This document shows, piece after piece, positions 54,916-60,827 of a stretch of 60,827 bases of DNA. The position numbers and the translations under genes were made by a program. The stretch covers positions 1 to 60,827 of the IMG/VR virus record IMGVR_UViG_3300032954_000013; one strand, written 5' to 3'. Within the stretch, counting starts at the first letter, position 1; the number at the start of each line of letters is the position of its first letter. The notes below the pieces were generated by a model. That model was not told the origin of the DNA. It saw only the letters and a list, made by a program, of their open reading frames with translations, and made no database searches. Source of the DNA: a virus. Lineage: Duplodnaviria > Caudoviricetes.

Positions 54916-55395
54916 ATGAGCAAATATCACATTGAAATCGCACATCCTGAGTGGCTTGAGCATTCTCATCCGCAAAAAACCATTCACCTGATCTTGGCCG
55001 GAAAGATGCCGAATGTTATCGCTGGCTGGTGTTTGGTCGTCGCGTTAAAACATCCACTCCGCGCCGTGTACGGGAGCGATCTGCGGGCCGCTTGGAAACT
55101 CTTACTGTGGGCGCTTCACAATCGCTTCGAGGACAAATTTCTCCTGCCGATCGAGCGCGCTTGGTACAAAATCCCGTTCGTCTATGCGATTGCGATGACT
55201 TACTGTGCAGGAAATTATTTGAAACTGCGCGGTCAAATTCCAATTTGGGGACGGCGCGAATCTCCTGAGCCTGTCCGTTGCGAATGCGGATGGGCCGGGA
55301 TGCGACGCTGGGCAATTCACGGCTATCAGGATGACGGAAGCGGTCAAGACGTAGAGGGCAGAGACGAATGTCCGCGCTGTGGCGGCGAAGTATGA
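54916..55395 (+). CDS. Hypothetical protein with C-terminal Zn ribbon
   Basis: CECGW..CPRC. Confidence 0.55.
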   Translation: MSKYHIEIAHPEWLEHSHPQKTIHLILAGKMPNVIAGWCLVVALKHPLRAVYGSDLRAAWKLLLWALHNRFEDKFLLPIERAWYKIPFVYAIAMTYCAGNYLKLRGQIPIWGRRESPEPVRCECGWAGMRRWAIHGYQDDGSGQDVEGRDECPRCGGEV

Positions 55396-55668
55396 CCATT
55401 CCCCGCGCCATCAACGAAGCTCTGCGGAGAATCTCGGAGCGTAAGCCGAAGCCGGGGCCGATTACGCCGAGGATGCTTCACATCGAACTTGCGAAAGCGA
55501 AGAAAGCGAGGAGAGCGTGAAGACGCCGAACGAAGCGCACAGACTCGCGGTATCTCTAGCTATAAAGGCAAGAGAACTGCTCAATGAAATGCGGGATCGA
55601 GTTGACCGAGATCCAGACATCGCCGACTACACAGCAGCGTTTGAGAAAATCATCGTGGAGTACGAAAC

Positions 55669-56037
55669 ATGAACGATATTTGCCTCTCGCGCCACAAAGG
55701 CAACTCAGAAAGCCTCGCGGCCAACACTCGCGTCGCGCCGGCGAAGGCGTTGCTGCGGGACCAGATTTACCAGTGGTTTCTGTTTCGCGGGTCAGCGGGC
55801 GCCACATGCGAAGAAGCGAGTAGGGCGATGCAGATTCGCTACACAACTATGAGCGCAAGAATTTCCGAACTCCGCGCCGACGGCTGGCTCGTGCAAATTG
55901 TCGTGAACGGTGAGAAAATGCGCCGCAAGACGCAGGGCGGCAGCAGCGCCGCCGTTCTCCGCGCGCAGACGGCGGAGGAGAGAGCGGGAGCATTCAGGTC
56001 GAGACAACAGGCGGAACTTTTTGGAGGCGTGGCGTGA
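55669..56037 (+). CDS. Winged-helix DNA-binding protein
   Basis: GATCEE......YTTMSARISELRADG. Confidence 0.7.
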   Translation: MNDICLSRHKGNSESLAANTRVAPAKALLRDQIYQWFLFRGSAGATCEEASRAMQIRYTTMSARISELRADGWLVQIVVNGEKMRRKTQGGSSAAVLRAQTAEERAGAFRSRQQAELFGGVA

Positions 56038-56528
56038 CAATCGAAGAAAGGCTTCAGAGCATTGAGAATCGTTTGGCCGCCATCGAATCTGAGTTGGCGC
56101 ACGGGCGGCGTCTTGGCCCACAGCCGAGAGACTTGGTGCCAGATCCGACAGTAGTCGAGCGCTTGGTTGAAAGTGCGAAGGAAGCGATTGCCGCAGCCGA
56201 GCCTCCAGAAGTCGACCGTTCCAAGAGATGCATGTTGAGCGGCAATCCTGAAACTCCAGACCATCGCGAGATCAATCCGCAAACAGGAATGCAGAAAGAT
56301 TACGTTGTCCTGTGTGCCGATGAACGCGCCAAGGGATTTGTGCGGCCAGTGCGCCGAACCTATCGGCACAAAGTCTGCAATTCAACGACCACGATGGACC
56401 TCGCGCTCGCCGAGACTTACGCGCGCGACCCCGGCTTCTATTCGGGAACCTTCTGCGCGAGTTGCCGAGAGCATCGGCCACTTGATGAGTTCGTGTGGGA
56501 AGGCACTGACGAGAGAGTAGGAAGCTGA
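56034..56528 (+). CDS. Hypothetical protein with Cys/His motif
   Basis: GFVRPVR..Y.H..C...T, ETYARDP.FY..TFC..C. Confidence 0.7.
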   Translation: MTIEERLQSIENRLAAIESELAHGRRLGPQPRDLVPDPTVVERLVESAKEAIAAAEPPEVDRSKRCMLSGNPETPDHREINPQTGMQKDYVVLCADERAKGFVRPVRRTYRHKVCNSTTTMDLALAETYARDPGFYSGTFCASCREHRPLDEFVWEGTDERVGS

Positions 56529-56785
56529 TGGACGAAATCAATCCGAATCATCCAGTCACGCGCGCCATGCACGATCACTGGCACAAGATCGTCGCGATTC
56601 TGCTTTCACGTCCTCCTTACAACGGGCGCGCGGAGATCACAGAATCAGAAATCGCGAAGTGGGGCGACAAGTACGAGGGTCACGCGGTCGTGATAAAAGA
56701 AACGCAAGGCAAGCTCGTGCTCTACATGGTCGACGCACAGGAAGCTCAAAGGCTCGCGCGTCAAGAGGGCGGGTTGCCGATATAA
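56528..56785 (+). CDS. Hypothetical protein
   Basis: TGATG-coupled. Confidence 0.65.
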   Translation: MDEINPNHPVTRAMHDHWHKIVAILLSRPPYNGRAEITESEIAKWGDKYEGHAVVIKETQGKLVLYMVDAQEAQRLARQEGGLPI

Positions 56786-57579
56786 TGAGCGCAAATCCAC
56801 AGCCGATACTCGAATCCGCACTGACTCTGCGCGATTGTCTCGCCGCGAAGTACGCGCTGCCGCATCACGTTCTGCTCTGGGAGGTCCGCAACTCGACAGG
56901 CTTTGATTCCAGCCGCTCTGCAGACGCCATCGCCATCACGCTCTACGTTTCTCGTGGTCGCGCTATCACAGGCTTCGAGATCAAAGAACATCGCTCAGAT
57001 TGGCTCGCGGAGTTGAAGAAGCCGGACAAAGCGGAAGCGATCGCGCAGTTCTGCGATTTCTTCTTCGTCGTCAGTCCGCAATCGGATGTCGTCAAGCCGG
57101 ACGAAATTCCTCACCCATGGGGCTGGCTCGCGTTCACGGGCAAGATGCTGAAAGTCGCAAAGAAGCCGCAGAAACTCGATCCTATACCGCTTGACCGCGC
57201 GATGCTCTGTTCGCTGATTTATTCGACGATGGGCAGATTTCGGGAAGAGACGAAGGCCAGCTTTGAGGAGCAGGTGAAAGACCGAGTGACAGAGGAACAT
57301 CGATGGCTCGCCCAGAGAGAGGAGCACGCACGTAATCGCTTACAGGAACTCGAAGACAAGATCGATTCGTTTGAGAACGCCAGCGGCGTAAGCCTTCGCT
57401 ACAAGCACACGGAAGATATGCCGAAGATCGGTGCCGCCGTGCGCACGGTTCTCGACGGCAAAGACGGCCTGCACGAACACATCGGCACGTTGCGCTGGAT
57501 GAGCGAGCGTATCGAAACCATGCACAAGCAGATCGTACGGGAAATCGCGGAACTCGAAAGCAGGACAGCCAAGAAATGA
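56785..57579 (+). CDS. MmcB-like PD-(D/E)XK nuclease with coiled-coil tail
   Basis: EV, RSADA, GFEIKEHRSDW..E...PDK, EIP..WG. Confidence 0.75.
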   Translation: MSANPQPILESALTLRDCLAAKYALPHHVLLWEVRNSTGFDSSRSADAIAITLYVSRGRAITGFEIKEHRSDWLAELKKPDKAEAIAQFCDFFFVVSPQSDVVKPDEIPHPWGWLAFTGKMLKVAKKPQKLDPIPLDRAMLCSLIYSTMGRFREETKASFEEQVKDRVTEEHRWLAQREEHARNRLQELEDKIDSFENASGVSLRYKHTEDMPKIGAAVRTVLDGKDGLHEHIGTLRWMSERIETMHKQIVREIAELESRTAKK

Positions 57580-57929
57580 AAACCATCGCCACTCACGGCC
57601 ACTGGCGTTCGGAGATCGAGATGTCGGCCCAAGTTCCGGCGCAGCACACTTGCACGCTTTGCGGATTCACGATTGAGAATCTGACGACGAGGCAGGTGAT
57701 TGAGCAGGCTTCCGGTCATGCGCATGAGAGCTTTGAGGCTTACACGGAGGCTCTGGCCGAAGCGATCACCGACCAGATCATGGGCCTTTACGAACTCATG
57801 GGCAAACACGACCGAGCGGCGCACGCGTCGTGCTGGCTGGACGAGCAGACGGCGAACTTCCGGGCGATTTTGAACGAGTGGTTGCGGGGATTGGGGCAAT
57901 CACTCGGGCACTACACGGGGAGGAATTGA
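57576..57929 (+). CDS. Hypothetical protein
   Basis: ATGA-coupled; CTLC..H. Confidence 0.6.
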   Translation: MKTIATHGHWRSEIEMSAQVPAQHTCTLCGFTIENLTTRQVIEQASGHAHESFEAYTEALAEAITDQIMGLYELMGKHDRAAHASCWLDEQTANFRAILNEWLRGLGQSLGHYTGRN

Positions 57930-58111
57930 TGAACCGTCATATTCTGTTGTTGTTTCTTCTTGTGATCGTCTGTTTTGTTTTAATCAGCGTGCGATTTAAT
58001 GAATTGCAGTTGTACGATTGAAAGAATCCCCGACACTGCTATTGCAGTTCTCACACCGAACGCGATCAGCGTGTTGCGAGACAAAGAGGGCTATCTTTTA
58101 GGATTCAATTG

Positions 58112-58444
58112 ATGTCTTCGAAGTTGGAAGAAAGCCTCGCGCAAGAGATCAAGCTCCACGGCTTGCCCACGCCAGAACGCCAGTTCAAATTTCATCCGAC
58201 GCGCAAGTTCCGTGCGGATTTCTGTTTCGTCGACCAGCGCATCATCGTCGAGTGCGATGGCGGCCTGTTTATCCAAGGACGGCACAGTCGCGGGGCCACG
58301 CAAGAGCGAGACCATGAGAAAAGAAATCTCGCAACTCGCGCCGGCTACCGCGTATTCATCTTCGGGCCCAAAGCACTACGCGTCCCCAAGCGCAGCGGGC
58401 AACCGAGTAAGGCTCTTGAATTTCTTCGAGGTGTACTCCAATGA
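58112..58444 (+). CDS. DUF559/Vsr-like endonuclease
   Basis: FHPTRKFRADF, VECDGG, GRH.RG, D.EK.N.A...GY. Confidence 0.85.
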   Translation: MSSKLEESLAQEIKLHGLPTPERQFKFHPTRKFRADFCFVDQRIIVECDGGLFIQGRHSRGATQERDHEKRNLATRAGYRVFIFGPKALRVPKRSGQPSKALEFLRGVLQ

Positions 58445-58593
58445 AATCCGGCGCTGATCTGTCGGGAGAAATGCCGAGCACATTCGGTCTCGTCGTCGTG
58501 ACGGTCGTGGCGGCACTTGTCTGCATCGGCATAGGCTACTTGGGCCTTTTGGCGCTTGAGCTTCTGTGGCACCTTCTGCTCAAAATCGTGTAG
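58441..58593 (+). CDS. Small membrane protein
   Basis: Manual translation shows a long hydrophobic run; ATGA-coupled. Confidence 0.45.
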   Translation: MKSGADLSGEMPSTFGLVVVTVVAALVCIGIGYLGLLALELLWHLLLKIV

Positions 58594-58626
58594 ACACGTG
58601 GTTTCGGTTGTAGCACAATTCCCGTC

Positions 58627-59010
58627 GTGAACCCGACACAGGCCGCACCGAAACCTCCACCGAAGCCGGAACTCAAAAAAGTCCATGAACTCGCGCACTT
58701 TGAAACCGACGCTTTGCACATCCTCGTCGGCAATGCTGTGGCCGCCAGGCGAGCGCTTGAACAGTCGCCCGAAATGATTCGCTCGAAAGAGGCCGAGCAG
58801 GCGCTTACACAGTATTGCAATCGCGTCATCCTGCGAGCGAAAGGTGATCCGGCGAAGCACGCGATCAGCCCCGATCTCGAATGGATCATCGAGATTCCGA
58901 GGCAGGAAATCGCCGCAGCCGTGCAGCAAAAAGTCCAGCAGGATTCAACGGCGCTTGAAGAGCCACCGGAACCATCAAACATCTTGGAGATGACCCCCGC
59001 AGCACCATGA
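58627..59010 (+). CDS. Hypothetical protein
   Basis: ORF coupled to the next gene. Confidence 0.6.
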   Translation: MNPTQAAPKPPPKPELKKVHELAHFETDALHILVGNAVAARRALEQSPEMIRSKEAEQALTQYCNRVILRAKGDPAKHAISPDLEWIIEIPRQEIAAAVQQKVQQDSTALEEPPEPSNILEMTPAAP

Positions 59011-59510
59011 GCGCAACTGATCCCCGCTGGAATATCATTGCCGAGCGCGCCGCCCACCAGGCCTACGACGACTCCGATCCCTTCCGGGAAAGTCTTTCAA
59101 GCGTTGAATCCGCGAGGACCGGTCTCGACATTTGTGGTTACGCCGCCGAGCGCCGCGATTCGTTCCTAAGCCTGCTTCGCTCGGCTAGCCTGGAACAGCA
59201 GGAAATCGCCATCGAATATGTGCTTCTGCGAAAAACAGAACAGCAAATCGCCACATTGCACGGCAAGAAATCGCAAAGCATGATGGGCCGAGAGATTGCC
59301 TCCATCGTCAAGCTTCTGGGGAACCGGCTGCGAGGATCAGTCCCGCAGGCCACTGAAACTAGGCATTCCAGACGCCTGCGAAAATTGAACGGCAAAACAT
59401 TTCGCGACCCTAATCTGCTCGGCGAATTCGCGGTCGACATGTGCCACCGGAAAGCCGGGGTTCTTTTTACGCCGCGCGCCGGCCAAGTGAGCAATGCTTC
59501 TCAAATATAG
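59007..59510 (+). CDS. Sigma70 region 4-like HTH protein
   Basis: L...SLEQQEIAIEYVLLRKTEQQIATLHGKKSQSMMGREIASIVKLL. Confidence 0.65.
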   Translation: MSATDPRWNIIAERAAHQAYDDSDPFRESLSSVESARTGLDICGYAAERRDSFLSLLRSASLEQQEIAIEYVLLRKTEQQIATLHGKKSQSMMGREIASIVKLLGNRLRGSVPQATETRHSRRLRKLNGKTFRDPNLLGEFAVDMCHRKAGVLFTPRAGQVSNASQI

Positions 59511-60321
59511 GAGCGATGCGCGACTGGGCGGTCAATCATGGACCTTGCTTGAGCTGCGGACTTCAGAGCACGCCAATCTGGTTTTGCGCAGAATCGTGAA
59601 AGCGGCATCGCGGATATTCGGAAATCACCCGGTCGAAATTTTCTCCTGCCCATTTCCGCCCTACGACTCATGGCTGTTCGTTCGCAGCCAGTCTCCCAAG
59701 CCGATCCTTGCGCTTGAAAACGTGCGCGGCATACTGAGCGCGAGAGCAAGAACCGCGCTTGGAGAGAGCGGGCCGATCGAACTTCCCGATCTCGAAGTCC
59801 AGCCGCTCATCGCCAAGGCGCGGATTCGGCATGAACAGCAGAGCCGCAGGATTACAGCAGGGAGTTTTGTGCGCATCCGCGACGGCCTCACGCGCGATTT
59901 CTGCGGGACCGTCGAATCGATCAGCGGCAAGCGGGCCAAGGTCCGCGTCGACTTGCTCGCTCGTCATTTCTTCGTCAGCACGCCACTGGGCAATTTACTC
60001 GATCTGTCCCATATTGCCAAGGGCCGCAAAGTGTTCTACTGTCTTGCCAGAGGAGCAGCCAATGGAGCTCGTCGTGAACGGCCAGGAGAAGATAGAAACC
60101 GCCAAGGCGCCCAAGCACATCATCCGAATCAAGAATCAGAAGTGGAGCGAGGGCGACCCGGAGAACGAGCGATACTTTCTGTTTCCGCTTCCCGAGCACG
60201 CCGGCGCCGAGATTCGGGTGAACGCGCTCGGCTACAGCATCTACTTCGACCACACGGAAACCCGCGCGCATCCGCTGGCCTCGCGGATCGAAATGCAGCA
60301 GCAGCGCGTCATCCACACTGA
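59494..60321 (+). CDS. NusG-family paralog (NGN plus KOW)
   Basis: WTLL, WLFVR, LENVRGI, LPDLEV; KOW GSFVRIRDG..RDFCGTV......AKVRVDLLAR. Confidence 0.8.
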   Translation: MLLKYRSDARLGGQSWTLLELRTSEHANLVLRRIVKAASRIFGNHPVEIFSCPFPPYDSWLFVRSQSPKPILALENVRGILSARARTALGESGPIELPDLEVQPLIAKARIRHEQQSRRITAGSFVRIRDGLTRDFCGTVESISGKRAKVRVDLLARHFFVSTPLGNLLDLSHIAKGRKVFYCLARGAANGARRERPGEDRNRQGAQAHHPNQESEVERGRPGERAILSVSASRARRRRDSGERARLQHLLRPHGNPRASAGLADRNAAAARHPH

Positions 60322-60493
60322 GATTTTCTTCCAAGCGATTCAGCGCATCGGATCGATTGAACTCGTCGAGGTGCTGAGCCACATCAAATATACGGACTGG
60401 GAGACGGTCACGCTTTCGCAGGAAGCGCGCCGGGAGATTCTCATGTCCAAATCCGAACTGACAGAGCTCGCGGCCAAGGGGAAAATATCCTGA
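60062..60493 (+). CDS. Hypothetical protein
   Basis: GAGGAG RBS before ATG 60062; overlaps the tail of the NusG-like ORF. Confidence 0.65.
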   Translation: MELVVNGQEKIETAKAPKHIIRIKNQKWSEGDPENERYFLFPLPEHAGAEIRVNALGYSIYFDHTETRAHPLASRIEMQQQRVIHTEIFFQAIQRIGSIELVEVLSHIKYTDWETVTLSQEARREILMSKSELTELAAKGKIS

Positions 60494-60549
60494 CGCCAAA
60501 CTCCAATCCGGCGCTGTTCCCGCTCTGCGGCCTGCTTCGCGACCGGGGC

Positions 60550-60827
60550 GTGAAAGTATTGCTGAGCTGCCATCTGAGCGAAGAGTTGCACGATTCAATC
60601 CGGCTCGGCAATCCCAGGATGCGAGAACTGAATGTGACCGTGCCGCTGCTGGCGGCGCATCGCATCCACGAGGAGCGCCGCATCGCCCTGAGCATCGGCA
60701 CGGCGCTCGAATCCTGGCGTCCGAAACTCTACCGCCGCGGCATCAATCTGCTCTCGGTCTCGCAGGAAGGCTTGATCTCGAATGTTTTCGGAATCGCCGA
60801 CAGAATCTGCCAGCACATCTACCGCAC
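60550..60827 (+). CDS. 5' part of the origin-spanning gene (continues to 293)
   Basis: Manual translation VKVLLSCHLSEELHDS.. is open to the window end and in frame with 72-293; start uncertain. Confidence 0.55.
   Translation, partial: MKVLLSCHLSEELHDSIRLGNPRMRELNVTVPLLAAHRIHEERRIALSIGTALESWRPKLYRRGINLLSVSQEGLISNVFGIADRICQHIYR
60701..60827. repeat. Terminal 127-bp direct repeat (right copy)
   Basis: Identical to 1-127. Confidence 0.95.

Noticed and set aside
60361-60600. NYN/PIN-like resemblance (FPLCGLLRDRGVKVLL..LSEEL) upstream of GTG 60550
   Set aside because: Catalytic Asp motifs are absent and there is no good upstream start; too weak to call

Overview
The window is an apparently complete, circularly assembled genome of a GC-rich tailed dsDNA phage (Caudoviricetes, siphovirus-like). 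Bases 1-127 are identical to 60701-60827, so unique length is about 60.7 kb. The + strand late arm (295-39752) runs: terS, a six-enzyme glyco-modification cluster, terL, portal-MuF fusion, an antisense GIY-YIG endonuclease, protease-scaffold, major capsid, neck and tail genes, tape measure, a GTA-type tail tip (DUF2460/DUF2163/NlpC-P60/central tail protein), a block of signal-peptide-bearing fibre-like proteins and a lysis-like region. A - strand early arm (39756-45033) and a + strand early/middle arm (45126-60493) diverge from back-to-back sigma70 promoters. The + arm encodes an RHH regulator, a Cas4-like nuclease, stand-alone FtsK-gamma, an SNF2-methyltransferase fusion, a lambda-like replication initiator, a sigma-region-4-like protein and a NusG paralog. 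No integrase, cI-type repressor, tRNA, CRISPR array or reverse transcriptase was recognised. Main observations: (1) fibre-like late proteins carry Sec signal peptides and sit in a genome with its own glycosylation cluster; (2) a 16-bp motif AGATATWSAAACGCTT precedes five late translation starts, alongside a phage-encoded NusG/sigma-like module; (3) several intergenic gaps are multi-helix candidate structured RNAs; (4) two in-phase slippery sites occur at the portal/MuF junction and the tail chaperone. All family calls come from motif recognition by eye, not database searches.
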